This document shows positions 1 through 13,004 of a stretch of 29,463 nucleotides of DNA, one piece after another. The position numbers were made by a program, and so were the translations under genes. Source of the DNA: Bugula neritina (taxonomy: Eukaryota > Animalia > Bryozoa); the NCBI GenBank assembly GCA_964035545.1, contig CAXIUT010000181.1:1-29463 (forward strand), written 5' to 3'. The notes beneath the pieces are model-generated. The model did no database searches and was not told the DNA's origin. It saw only the letters and a program-made list of their open reading frames with translations. Within the stretch, counting starts at the first letter, position 1, and each line of letters starts with the position of its first letter.

Positions 1-105
1 CCCAACCCCAACCCCAACCCCAACCCCAACCCCAACCCCAACCCCAACCCCAACCCCAACCCCAACCCCAACCCCAACCCCAACCCCAACCCCAACCCCA
101 ACCCC
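1..105 (+). repeat. Left telomere, (CCCCAA)n
   Basis: Perfect C4A2 tandem repeat at the 5' terminus, in the orientation expected for a chromosome end. It is the Tetrahymena-type ciliate telomeric repeat. Confidence 0.98.
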
Positions 106-180
106 TTTTTATTATTTTGATGAATTAGAGGGGAGTATCATTAAGAAATTAAAATATCGTTATCGTTATAATTAAATTAA

Positions 181-1814
181 ATGGGAAAATAGACGATAGC
201 AACTGGAGGTAAAGAGTTTGGAGATTACGTAATAGGTAGATGCATTGATATTTAGGTAGGACTATCGGTGAGGGTACATTTGGCAAGGTCAAGTCTGCTG
301 TTCATAAATTGACTGGGCAGCATGTTGCTATTAAAATACTTGAAAAGAGCAAGATTACGGAAGTGGCGGATGTTGAGCGAGTATCCAGGTAGATCCACAT
401 ACTAAAACTGATTCGGCATCCAAATATTGTGCAGCTCTACGAGATCATTTAGACTCCGAAGCAACTTTTCCTGGTGATGTAGTTCATGTAGAAAGGAGAA
501 CTATTCGATTATATTGTTGCTCGTAAACGTATTCAATAAGCCGAGGCATCACGGATGTTCTTCCAGCTTATTTCTGGAATTTAATATCTCCATAAAATAG
601 GTGTCGTCCATCGTGACCTCAAACCCTAAAATATACTCCTAGATTAAAAAAAAGCTATCAAAGTAGTTGATTTTGGACTGGGAAATACCTATAAAAAAGG
701 ATAGTATCTCAAAACTCCATGTGGATCTCCTTGCTATGCTGCACCTGAAATGATCAAAGGATAGAAATATGATGGTCTTCGAGTTGATATCTGGTCGTCT
801 GGTGTCATTTTGTTCGCTATGCTTTGTGGGTACCTTCCCTTTTAAGATCCTGATACTCCATCGCTCTACAAGAAGATTCTTTCTGGTAGCTATAATCCTC
901 ATAAATCTGTTTCTGATTAGGCGATTGACCTCATATCTCGTATTTTGAATGGAAATCAGGAATAAAGATACAGTATTGAACAAATAAGAAGACATCCTTG
1001 GATGCAGAGATACTAGCATAAATAAAACACACCTGGAATAGTAATCGGGTATAATAGAATACCAATAGAACAGGATATAATAGCCCAGATGAAGACTTTT
1101 AATTTGGATCCAGATTATGTGGTTAAGTGTATTGAAGCTAATCGTCATAATAATGCAACAACTAGTTATTATTTATCATTGAAGAAGTATGTGAGTGAAG
1201 GCGGACAGGTAAATATGGGAAATGCTAGTTATGATTTATCTAGTAAATCATTTGACCGGGGAGGAGAAGTGAGACGAAAGCAGACTGGAACTAAGGTGTT
1301 GATTGATAACTTTTTTACTAAAAGTACATAGACTGAGACAGTAGTAAGAAGAAAATCAAAGGATAAGTTGAGATAGAAAATAGATAAGGAAAATAAATGT
1401 GTTAATATTCCTCATTCTGTTGTAACTAGTATTAATACTGAAGTTAAAAGAACTAGAGTGACTTCTAAACCGAAAGTAAACGATTCTTTTAACTACGGCA
1501 GAACTATTAATAAATCTATATAGAAGAGAAATCCAGTTCCTAAGCGTGAAAACATACTTGAGAACAGAATAAGTAGAAAATACAAATAGAAATTCAATCA
1601 GAGTCTAGTTAGCAGATCCCGAGACAAATGCACGCAGAGATCGAGGGTGAATAGTTCTTTGATGGGTATAAAGAAAGAGCTACCGCCTCCGATGACTTTG
1701 ATGTAGTAAGTGCTACCAGTAAAACAGACCAGGAAAAGGAACATAAACAATTCAAAATGTGATACTTCTAAGATAATGGATAGTGTTCATCGTGGCAAGA
1801 TAAGAAGAGTATGA
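181..1814 (+). CDS. SNF1/AMPK/CIPK-related Ser/Thr kinase (CAMK group) with UBA-like region, ~537 aa
   Basis: With TAR=Glu and intron 236-255 (20 nt) removed it reads IGEGTFGKVK, VAIKILEK, REIHILK, HRDLKPEN, DFGLG, CGSPCYAAPE, DIWSSGV, GYLPFED. The frame is continuous to TGA 1812-1814. Confidence 0.95.
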
Positions 1815-1869
1815 AATTAATGTGCAAATGATTTTTCATAAATAATATTAAAATATATAATAATCAAAC

Positions 1870-2522
1870 ATGTGGACAAAATTGTTGATTTTGTTGGTGA
1901 TATTGTACTAGATAGTTGGTTAGAGGTCTACTCTTTAGTTTTAGATTCGGAAGAGACAAGTGGTTGGGGATAAATCTACTTTTGTTGGTAAACTTAACAT
2001 CAATATACATACTCAGTACAATACTGTTGAAGCCTTTGTTGATAGTCATTTGGGGGAATTGGTTACTCAGGAAGATTTTGTCTAAAATCATCAAACTGTT
2101 ATTTAATTTGTTTGTGTTGATAGTGATTTGGAATAGTATAAAAATAAAGTTTTTATGACTTCTGTCGATTAGATATCTGCTGAGCCTCATGGACAAAAAA
2201 TAGCTATTGTACTTGGACCGCAAAATGGTTCTATATCGATCAATGCCATCAACTACATTCAGGTAACAATATTTTCAATCTAGAGTAGAGATAGAGTGGG
2301 AGAGATATATACTGAAATAGTGGAAACTCGACAAAAAGACGAAGAACTATTCAAGTATACATATGCTCCTAAGAAATCAGAAGTGCAGGATGACAGTTTC
2401 TGGGGCAAATATGTATATATTTATTAAGCTAGAAATGGCCTTTGATAATCGGAGGAGTGGTTTTGTATACTATGATGAATGCTAATCCTTAGGCTCAGAA
2501 AGCAGGGGCGGGAGGGAAATGA
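1870..2522 (+). CDS. EMC10: ER membrane protein complex subunit 10-like
   Basis: Signal peptide MWTKLLILLVIL, then a C-terminal SFWGKYKWPLIIGGVVLYTMMN TM segment and a Gly/Ala tail, as in EMC10. Introns 2263-2283 (21 nt) and 2413-2432 (20 nt). Confidence 0.65.
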
Positions 2523-2659
2523 TGATCAGATTTGTATTATTTGATAATGTTATTTTTTATGATTTATGATGTGATTGTGAGATCGATGTAGTATTCGATG
2601 AGATTTAAACTAAGACAGTTTCCAAAATACGTTAATTAATCGAATTACTTTTGAACTGG

Positions 2660-3759
2660 ATGGAAGGGAGTTGTCAATTGAATGAAGGAGATCTAGTATG
2701 GGCTCAAGTCGAACACTACCCGTGGTGGCCGGGAAAGGTAACAACCAATATCATTTAGATTGTAGAATCCTTTCTTCAAAAAAAAGTTATCGTCTTTAAA
2801 ATAGCCTTCTTTGCTGACCCATCTTAGTACTTTTACTTCTATTTAGTTCATACCTTCATTAGCATCAAATTAAACCTTATTCGCACTTCAATCATGATCT
2901 CAACGGAACTGAATATCAACAGCCAGCACTTCAAAAAGCTATTAAAATGGCTAAATCGCATTATTCTAAGATCAGTAGACTACCTGTTCTTAAAAGTGAT
3001 CAATAGTTACCTCTTTAATCGGGTTAGAGTAGTCTTCCATCGAAGACAGAAGAATTTGTAGAATAAAATTCTATCCTTCCATCTGACCAAGATATCCTCT
3101 AACTTCAACCTGAATAGGTTGATCTTTGTGAAATGAGTGATGAAACTCCTTTAGAATAAGTAACAATTGAAAACGTGTTTTGTTTGCTTTAACGGTAGTA
3201 GAAGAAAGAAAAAAGACAAGGCTATAATTACTAAAAACGAAAAGAACAAATAAAATATCAAGATAAGCTAAAATAACAACTTCTGAGGCATTACAGTTTG
3301 TTTGACTTTGGTCCAAAAGAATATAGTTATGAGAAGAGATAGTAGAAGACAGGAGTTAAAATAACAGTAGTTAAGCATGTAAATAGTGGAGAGAGGAAGC
3401 AGAGGAGAGGTAGGAATGGTATTTCTAAGAAATCAGTGGTTTACTAGCAGGTAGATTACTTGAAAAGGCATTGTTTGCGTAAAATTCAAACTTATCTTAG
3501 AAACAATATTGACGATATTGCTTCTACAAAGAACTACTCTATGGAAATAATGAATAGAATAATAGTTTTGGCTGATAATAATCATATCAAGTTGAAAAGT
3601 TTATTTGTTACTTTAGTAAAGACTATGAAATGTTCTATGGAGTTAAGTTGTTAGTAGAAATTAGGTGATTTTAGACATTATTTATAAAGATTAGAAGGAG
3701 AGAAAGGATAAGATTAAGAAGGATCTAAAGTCACACAAATTGAATCGAATATAATATGA
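2660..3759 (+). CDS. PWWP-domain protein (putative chromatin reader)
   Basis: EGDLVWAQVEHYPWWPGKIV...FFADPSYSYL...IKPY...LQKAIKMA. Introns 2738-2758 (21 nt) and 2827-2846 (20 nt). The frame is open to TGA 3757-3759. Confidence 0.9.
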
Positions 3760-3972
3760 TTCTATTTCAATTATTTTACTTTATAATCCTTCTTATTTCA
3801 TACTCATTTTTATTGTATTTAAAGAAGTTGATACTATCGTAATACAAAAGATCAATATTTTTAGATTTCAAGTTGATATAAGATAATTTTTAATTTCCTT
3901 TTCATTGTCTTTGATGGTCTCAGTAGTTATAATAAAAATTAACTAACTTAATAATTTTCTTATTTTCCTAAT

Positions 3973-4905
3973 ATGAACTAAAATGAATAAATGTTACTTT
4001 CAGATACACCTCCTAACAGTCTTTAACCATCTAGAAATTCAACTGAAGAAAATTTACTTCTTAATCTGATTCCAACAGAATTATCTCACAAATAAAAATG
4101 CTGTATTTTGCCTCCTATGCTTGGTAAATCATCCTTTTCGACCTGGTAAAGTACTAAAAATTGTAGTAAAGAAGTCACCTTTCTACTCGATGAATAAGAT
4201 TCTGATGATTAGTATGGAATGAGTAACAGTAAAGTTGATGATGATTATCAGTTGTGGGAGAGCAAGAAGTCTAATAAAATGAAGTTTCCTTATTAAAGTT
4301 TAACGAGTAAGTTAGAATATGTTCTTTAGCTTATAAGAGAGAAAGAGAAAGATAAAGCAAATCATTTATTTTCTAGTACCAAATCTTTGAAAACTCATAA
4401 TACTGAAGGAATCAAATCATAAAAAAAGTTAAAAACTGATCGAGGAGCTAATAAGTCCGAAAACCCATAAATTCAAAAAAAGAAAGATAACTATAAAAGT
4501 CCATATAGATAAAGAAAGAGTGTGACATAACCTGATGAGCATGAAGCTTTCTTAAAGAAAATGATGCCTAAAAGCATAAAAATTGATACTTATAGTCCAA
4601 GAACAATCAATTAAGTTGAATAGAAATAAAGTCCAACTTTAAGACCAAAGCAAACCAATAAGTTACGAACAAAATAACACTTTTTAACTTCTATTACTAA
4701 CTGGCAAGAACGTAGAAAGATAAAACAAGAATAACGAAAACTATAAGAGTTAAATGGAGTGACTTTTACGCCTGAAATAAATGCCAAAAGTAAGTTACTC
4801 ATGAAAAAGAAGGGAAATCAGATACCTATTTATGAACGAGATCTTAAAACTCGTAAAAATAATGAGCAATTGAGTCCAAGATGCTTAATTAAATATAAAA
4901 AGTGA
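3973..4905 (+). CDS. Hypothetical charged protein, ~310 aa, with a TFTPEINAKS motif
   Basis: Uninterrupted ATG-to-TGA frame in table 30 with many in-frame TAA/TAG. No family recognised. Confidence 0.8.
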
Positions 4906-4954
4906 TACTAATTATTAGTTTTTTACTTTATGGATCAATAATAATAATTTTATT

Positions 4955-5884
4955 ATGTACTCTGATGCAGGTCGACTCTACGATCGTAGTAAAAGAATAA
5001 AGCCATTCGAAAAGGGACAAAGATAAAGAGTTTATAAAAGCGCAACTATCAAAGTAGATAAGAAAAAAGGATAAAAGAAGTTTTCTCCTTTTAATACTGT
5101 TGATCGCACATCAAGAGATTCTTATCTTTTAAGAGTAACTAAATAACCTAATGTATAAGATAACTATGAACCTAAAAAAGATTATACGATGGTTGTTAAT
5201 CGAAGACCAACAATAGATGAAGCTAGTTTTAAAAGAATCATCGGACCTGTGCATGATGTAGATTATTCTGTTAGTGGAAACTAGATGAGTAAGAGATGTA
5301 ATAGAGCTCAATCATTGACAGATCATCGTCCTTTAACTGTTAAATAAACTCAAAATTGGAGAAAAACACTAGAACATTTTGATTTCGAGAAGCAGCCTGA
5401 TCCTAAACGTCTTGATCTACCTCGAAAGTTATCATTCTAAGAATCTACAAAAGAAGATTTCATGCATAATTTACAAACAGTAACTGAATCTAATTTTAAC
5501 AACTTCAAGAGGTTCAATCTTAAACCGAAATTAGCAAATATTCATAAATTTGAATCAGATTTTCCTCATCAATACTTAAAAGAAGTCTAAGACCGTCAAA
5601 GATCTCCTGAATATGACATTCAAGCCTGTGACGAATCAATTATTCATAAATCAATGCCAAAAACAAAAGGAGAGAAGAGATTTGCTTTATATCGTTAGAA
5701 AATAGCTACTAGATTTGATAGAGCAGACAAGAATTGGAATTTATATCTTTAATATAAGTAGAAAGTATAGGATAAAGGAAAAACTATTGATTTCGATCAA
5801 ACTATCGATAGAAGAATGAATGAGGTGCATAGTACATATCCAGTTCGGTTGAGTTTGAGTCGTCCTTTGAAGGTGGATGGTTGA
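4955..5884 (+). CDS. Hypothetical protein, ~309 aa
   Basis: Uninterrupted frame MYSDAGRLYDRSKRIKPF...RPLKVDG-TGA in table 30, flanked by AT-rich spacers. Confidence 0.8.
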
Positions 5885-5937
5885 TAGTTTTATGATTAAT
5901 AATTTCTATTAATGAGAGAATGAAAATTGACTCAATA

Positions 5938-6651
5938 TCAATTGAATTTAGTTTTTAATCTTGTTTTTAAAGGTTTTGATTATGCTTTTTGTAGGTATCT
6001 TTCTACTCCATGCATTTTTTTTCGTTTTTAGCTGTTTTATGTAACTAGTTTTTTACTAACTACTGATTATAGATCTTGTTCTTCTTAGGGTCTTGATTAT
6101 GTTTTAACATTTTATCTATATTTTGATACTTTTAATTAAGGTAATTTGATTCTACTGCTATTGCCTTTGAGTTTATTTGAGAGACTGTTTTTTCTGGTGA
6201 TATTTTTGGTTGAAATATTATGTTTTGTTTTAAGATCTAGTCTTAGAAATCGTTATCTTGGGTATAGGTCTCTTTATATTTATAAACTGATAATTCTTCT
6301 GCTATTTTATAAGGACATTGCTTTTTTGGATGGTGATTTAGATGAGTGAAGTGAATTTTGAAGTGAATTTTGACTTCTTAGATCATACAATATCATTTAT
6401 TTTTTAGAAATAGATTGATCTTAGATAGATTATTCTTATGATTATGGTTATTCTTTAAAAGGAAATTTATAGTATCGATTATGTTATGATCTTAGAAATC
6501 TGATGTTGATTTACATCATTGTACTTGATTTTATTTTTTACAATTTTTTTGATTATTCTGATGATCTAGTATAACTTTGTATCATATGCATTAATCTATT
6601 GTGACGATTGATGCGGTCACGAAGCTATTGGGAGTGACGCTAAAATTCCAT
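5938..6651 (-). CDS. Hypothetical basic protein, ~237 aa
   Basis: Uninterrupted minus-strand frame MEFERHSQELRDRINRHNRL...KTKFN-TGA. Confidence 0.75.
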
Positions 6652-6803
6652 TAATAATTATAATAATGAATCATTTGCATCTAAACTGAAGTTTAATTTT
6701 ATTAAAACATATTTACAATAGATAAGAATTTATATTTTTTATGATTTTGACTAAAAGTTGATAAAAATTGATTTAATTTTTATATATATTTTAAATAATA
6801 ATA

Positions 6804-7622
6804 ATGAAAGATGGTTGGAATTGTAGCAAACATCCTTAGAATCCAATAGTTTTAGTATGTACGGGCAATGCTTGGCATTTTTAAGGTCTATGTACTAATT
6901 GTGTGCCTGAACATACAAAAAATCATCCTAAAAATATAAAAATACAAATATAAGGAATCAAATAAGTCCTATAAAAAGCAACAGTAATCAAACAGAAGGT
7001 GTCAGGAATATGTTAATAAAGATTAAAACAATGCAATACCCTAAAATAAATTAAGTAGGAAGATTATGAGTTGATAAAGAAATTGAACTAGAAAAGATAG
7101 GTACTAGTGAAAGAAGTTAATGGTTTTTTCGATAAATTGATTGAATAAACAATGAAAAGACAAGCTGAATAGAGGAAAAATCAATAAAAGAGTGTAAATA
7201 AGTTGAGACAGTCGTTGTAGTAAAGTATATTATTTTTCAAAAAAGAAGAGTACCAAGATATAAGTTAATTTTGCAGATAAATAAAAAAATATTATTTCAA
7301 GTAGAATTTAGATGTATATGTTGAAGAGTACGATTAGATTATAAAATAATATCGTTAGAAAGTCATAGATTACAATCCTTTTACCTGGCAAAAAGATATA
7401 GATCGTCTTCAATCTAAATTTATTAAAGATCTTTTCAAGGAAGAGCAGCTTCAACCAAAATAGAAGGTCTAGAAGTAGATAAAGAAGTAACCCAAGAAGA
7501 AGTAGGTGAATAAAAGGAAATGCAAGCAGTGTGGGCAGGAGATAGAATATTTGACGGAATGGAAGAAACATCTGGTCTGTCGGCATTGCGGAGGGAAGTA
7601 AAGAAATTATGTTAAGCGTTGA
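6804..7622 (+). CDS. B-box-like Zn finger / coiled-coil / C-terminal Zn ribbon protein, ~272 aa
   Basis: N-terminal CSKHPENPIVLVC...LCTNCVPEHTKNH, a central E/K-rich helical region, and C-terminal CKQCG...CRHCG. Confidence 0.8.
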
Positions 7623-7645
7623 ATGATATTGATATGATATGATGA

Positions 7646-10600
7646 TCAGCTCATTCTTTAGTCTGTTTGGGGGACAGCGTCTGTCATTGGGTGGATTCCT
7701 TGTCTTTACGATGAAGGTGGTGGCTCGAGTGCTGGTTCTGGTTAGTCTTTGTTTTCTCTTGAGATGTCGGCTCCGTGCTAGGGAACTAGCAAGTTGTTTT
7801 TTCAGACGTCCGATCAATGGTACAAATACTTTGACGCATAGACAGGCGAATACTAGCAACGTCAAAATGAGTACTAGCATGAAGGCAATGAGTGTGATGA
7901 AGTGATATTGTTCCAATTTGGTGGGCGTGAATACTTCTGATGGAATTTCTTGTTGATTATATATGAATCTGTATTATTCTGAGGAGTTTCCTGGAGTTTT
8001 GAGTGTGAGATCTGCAACGATGGCAGCAAAGAGATTGACTGACTAGTTATATTTTTTAACTATTTTATTTTTCTGAATAAAAATAAATATACATCTACTT
8101 AGAACTGGAATTCTTAGGTTTGTATTTGTTCATGGACTAATTTGTATTATAAAATACTTCCCTAAAGATATCTTTCGCAGAGACTGGCTTATTTTAAATC
8201 ATCTTAGTTATTTGATATGTAGAGGTTGTATTTGATGTCGGTTTATTTTAGTTTTTTGTCCTTGGCTTTTATAATTTTATTGGCTTTACCACTATGTTTA
8301 GAGTTCCAAAAGCGTTGTCGTATTTAAAAGAACCAGCTGAGTAGACGTAGTAGCCTGTTCCTATTTCTTTTGGACGGTTGATTGGCAGCCATCTCACTAG
8401 CGCTAAAGAACTGGAGACACTGAATAGAGTGTTAGAATATCCGTCTGATATTTGTATGGCATGAGGTTGTCCTGATATTCCAATGGATTCTAGCACTTTT
8501 ATTATTTTTTGATTATAGATTTTTTTTTGAAGAGCCATATGCGACTTAAGCGGATCCTCTGCATTCGAAGATATCCAGAAGGAATTAACCTTATGGATAG
8601 ATATCGAATGTTTGTTTTCCACTTACTAGCACTTCAACATTCTATGGAATAGTTCTAGTATCTTAGGTTTGCGTGACAACTATACTGATGCTATCATTTG
8701 GAAGCAGAAGACAAAGTTCATAAGGAATACCTTTAGTAAATGTGATGTTATTTGCATTTAAGAAACCTATCGACATGACGTTTCTTGTAATATCGATTGA
8801 TATTTATGATGTTTTGTTGTCTAGAGTCCCTTTGAATTTTATTTATTTGGCTATGTTTTTATCTCCAATATAAAAGGAAATAAAAAGTCTTTAGTCGTTG
8901 CCTTTTAAAAAACCATTGAGACAGTTTTAACGGTGACTGATATAGATGTAATTAGCTTCATTTGGGTTGACTGTTGTGTAATCTGTGGTTTATGTTTTTT
9001 ATTTCTTGTCTGATGATTATTTGATGTTCAAAGAGTATACTGTATTTTTTTATACAGCTTTCATGTAGGCTGTGGCTGATGTGTACTATCCTTGTCCTAT
9101 TTTGAGGCTGAAGTTATATATTTGTTCTTCTGGTTGTTTTTAGAAGGTGCTCTTAACTTCTTGGTCTTTGTATTTGATAGAGATTTATACTTTTCCTGAA
9201 TGGACTTTTAGTTTTAGCATTCCTTTGGACATAGGATAGAATTATGCCTGAGTTGTGGTTCCTTATTATGGAAGAATATCGTTTATTATTTTATCTTATG
9301 CCATTGGGATTTTAGTTTACGTGTCTCCTAAAAACAAAGAAGATTATGTATGTTTTCATTGCCTCTACTGCTAGTAAATATAGACAATCTTTACAAAAAT
9401 ACTAGCTTTTAGAATTCATAAATAATCTATTTTTTCTTTGCCCCATATACTAAAATTCTTTATAATTGATACTTTTCTCTTTCATAAGTTTACCAACTGC
9501 TGTGGAATTGGTCCGATTGATAAAGAAATATACTGTACCATATTTATGCAAAGACAATATTTTAAAAGATTCAGCTGACATGTGCTTGAACGTATAATAT
9601 TTGACCTAACCAGCTTGAAGAGATAGGTAGCTGAGCATACCTCGTTATAATTTGAAAACATTGCGGTCGCCTGTTATCAAGTTGGCACTAATCGAATATG
9701 CACAATTTTATCTGGCGACTACTGTTACATAGTATGTATATGGATCTTTTTTTGTATTTTAGAGACTCAGCTGGCCATCGTATGATCGTAGTGCGTAGTT
9801 GTTTTAGTCAGGATACTAGTTGTGGCTGATGTATAGTTATGGCGCAATCTTGGTTGTTGTCTGAGAGTTCAACTCGAATGTTTCCTTTAGTTTTTTGCAG
9901 TATATCCATAAAATGCTTTTGAATTTTAGTTGAGATAGTTTGATTTTGGTTGGCCTTATTCTAGTATTATAAAATTTTGTGTTACTTCTATAGTGAAATC
10001 GACTCTTTATCCTACTGGTTATTTAGAAAATAAATAAATTAGTAATTAACAATCTGAACATTTGTTATTTTTTAATTTTTATTTAGGTATTTTGAGGTAG
10101 TAGACTTTCAAGGAAGTAGATTCGATCGATTGGTGAAGAAAATTGGGAGTCGCTGACTGTAATAGTGGTTCTTTAACGATATACGCTTTATACTATTTTA
10201 ACTAGGAAGTATAGTTTTTGCTCTTGTAGTAACAACTATGGAAGTATCGACTTAGTTGAGCAATTTATATGCAAATTTTTTGATAGGTTTTTATGTAGAT
10301 TTTTATGTTCCTTTATATCCGACTCCATCAGGTAGAATAGTGATGGCATTAAGTTATTGAACAATGTATTTGATGCTGATGCTGGTTAAATTTTATGGCA
10401 CTCCTTTTTACCAATCTTTGATATCACCAATAACAAACAAACTAAATGTCAAATCAGATGATCCTTTACAAGTTTTGTTGATTTAGTTTTTAGAGAGAGG
10501 ATAGCGTTATTATTGATTTTATCTGTGCGGAAATGATAGTAGTTGTTTGCATAGAGTCATCTTATAGGTAAATCTGCTCATTTATTCATGGACTATGAGA

Positions 10601-12834
10601 ATTTAGTAATCTCTTTCTGGTAGTAGAACAGTGTATACACATGTTCCTTTATTTAATGGGTAAGCTATCCTACTTTGATTAGCTAGCAGTGACGTCGGTC
10701 GTTGGAGTGGAAAACTGTTGAAACTGCCACTAAACGAGATGGAGAAAGGTTGTTTACCTTTATATAGGCCTTACGATCATGGAATTCGTCGATATTCAAT
10801 GAACCACTGTTCTTTAAAGTAGGTACTTTTGACTAATCCTAGCATTACCATTATTAATTCAGCAAACAGACATGAAGCGACCCAGTTGATTTGTAGTTGA
10901 AGTTGATGCTACTTTTAACAGGAACAATTTCGAACAATTAGAATTTATTTGGTGCTAATTTTATTTTAAATTATACGTCTTCACTTAAAGTAATAAAACT
11001 ATATATTTTTTAATCTTTAGTTATTGGTTGCACTATGATAGAAAAAGTGGCATCATCAGTTCCATGGATAACTATTACTATTGGATCATCCATCAGTTTA
11101 TCTTTTACATCAACTACTCCATTTTTGACTTTGCCGAGTTAGTTATTGAGTTATATGTGGTAGGTAGAGCTCTAAAGGAGTAGGCATCTATTATTCCAGT
11201 GATGGTTGTGATGTGTATTTTTACTGAGGATATGTGAGGATCTTGGCAGTTATATTTATACATTTTAAGTTGGTTTTTCTTTATATGGGACTCCATTGGT
11301 TTATTTTATCTAAGAAATTCTGGTCTATCGCCTACACTGTGTTCTATTGCTACAAAACTTGTAGCATTTGCTAGTTTGTTAGTTAAAACTACGATAATGA
11401 TTGCATGTTGTTCTACTAAATTGACATTTTTGAATTTTTAATGAGGAACAGTAACGTTCTAGTTGTTTAGCTCCGATTTGTCTAGTTTAGACATCTTAGA
11501 ATAACTACGTCTTATTGAGATAGTCAAGTCCTAGACATTAGCCTTTTTTAGTCGGACATAATCTAAACTAAACTGTCACATGCCTTAGACTTCCATTGTT
11601 TTTAAAGTTATACTAATATTTTTACCTTCCTTGACATCTTGGGATCCAAACTTGCCCACCTTGATATACATCAACTAGACATTGTGAACAAACATGAACT
11701 AGTAGATATGTTAATGCAACTATAAACCATGTAGTTAACTTCTTCCTTAAAATTCCATCATAAAGGTGGTTATTCTATCCACTGAAAGAATGTTAATATA
11801 GATGCCATTCGTTAAATTTGTTTTCAAATTATTGACATTGAATATGTACTGGATATCACCCATGTACATCGCTGGACTGAAATTTTTTATTTATTTCGTG
11901 TATTTGCTATCGCTAAAAAATTTAACTTTGAGGTCGCCATTGAAAATACTCAATCTGAACATATAGTTTTCGTAAGGGTAATTTCCATCTTTGTCTTTGA
12001 AATTTATGTGATATAAACCTGCTTATTTCTTTTACAAATACTCATATATTTTAGTATTTAGAGCGATGTCTCCATGGGTTTTGTTTACTAGTGTTGCTTT
12101 CATGCTGTAGACAGTTTCAGTGACTCCGTAGAGGATCAGATTGATGTTTTAGTTAGTAACTTCGTTTTTGTATAGATATATTCCTTAGGCATCTTCCCAG
12201 AGAGGGTAGCTTTTGAAGTCATAATTTGTAGCTGAGGGATTATTATTTTGCCAAAAGTACCATACATTTTTATTTTATCGAAAGGAAATCTTCTGGTTTA
12301 TGGTTTGATGATAATTCTTAGTTCTTCGAATGTTTTTCCTTCAATTCGAGGTGATAGATTTGTTTTTTGTTATTTTTCTGAAAACATGAATCTGATTTCC
12401 TCTCCGATTTCTATATGTTCTAAATCACTCCAATATGTGGACAATTTATAGGACATTTCTTGTTTTTAGCTTTATACTACAACAAATAGAGTTTAATTGG
12501 CTGTTAGTAGTTATTATCGAGGGATATAGCAGGAATCTACTTATTCTTTGACACATTTTTGGAATGAACTTTGTGCTCCTTGTTTATAGATGACTAGACT
12601 CATGAAAAGGTGTTTGAATATTTATTCTGTATTGAGAGAAATGAATAGATATTTCTTTTAAAGAGTTGGTACTTGGATGAGCTGATAGCTTTTGTAGCGA
12701 TCTGATTTGTAGATTTGTCCTTGTGCGGTCTATCCGACGAGCATTGTTGGTATTTGGAGGTTTGAATCGTTGCTGACTGATAAAGATAGAGCTATAAGTG
12801 TGAAAATAAGGAGTAGCGTTTGAATGCTATTCAT
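7646..12834 (-). CDS. Large type I single-pass membrane/surface protein, ~1,700 aa (frame broken by several single-base indels)
   Basis: Signal peptide MNSIQTLLLIFTLIALSLS, a long beta-rich ectodomain with sparse Cys pairs, TM FITLIAFMLVLILTLLVFACLCV at ~7830-7900, and a short acidic/Pro tail. Frame switches at ~12247, ~11580, ~11124, ~7800 and others. The stop at 7646-7648 is inferred after one correction. Confidence 0.75.
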
Positions 12835-13004
12835 ATTTTTAAAATTAAAATATATCTGTAAGTAAGAGTACGTGGCTATAATACTATAAAAATACCCTTG
12901 TGTTAATATTTCTTTTAAAGTAAGTGTAAGAAGTAAAGAAATAGTTGGATTGTTAAAAAATATATAATTTTCTTTGTTTAATAATAATAATTTAGATAAT
13001 TATA

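Noticed and set aside
106-180. Chromosome-breakage motif (Tetrahymena Cbs or Euplotes TTGAA) near the ends
   Set aside because: No match at the expected spacing at either end and no motif shared by the two subtelomeres. Cbs would in any case be lost on breakage.
7308-7645. Long antisense overlap between the membrane gene C-terminus and the B-box gene
   Set aside because: It disappears if one extra A at ~7800 is removed, which gives an acidic tail ending TGA-T at 7646, 23 bp from the neighbouring stop.
11575-11582. In-frame TGA as a sense codon (Trp/Cys/Sec) in the large membrane gene
   Set aside because: A one-base correction gives a plausible Cys-containing frame (GNVTVEFRLCPTKKGECL), indels are frequent nearby, and no conserved gene needs TGA as a sense codon. 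Not fully excluded without polishing.
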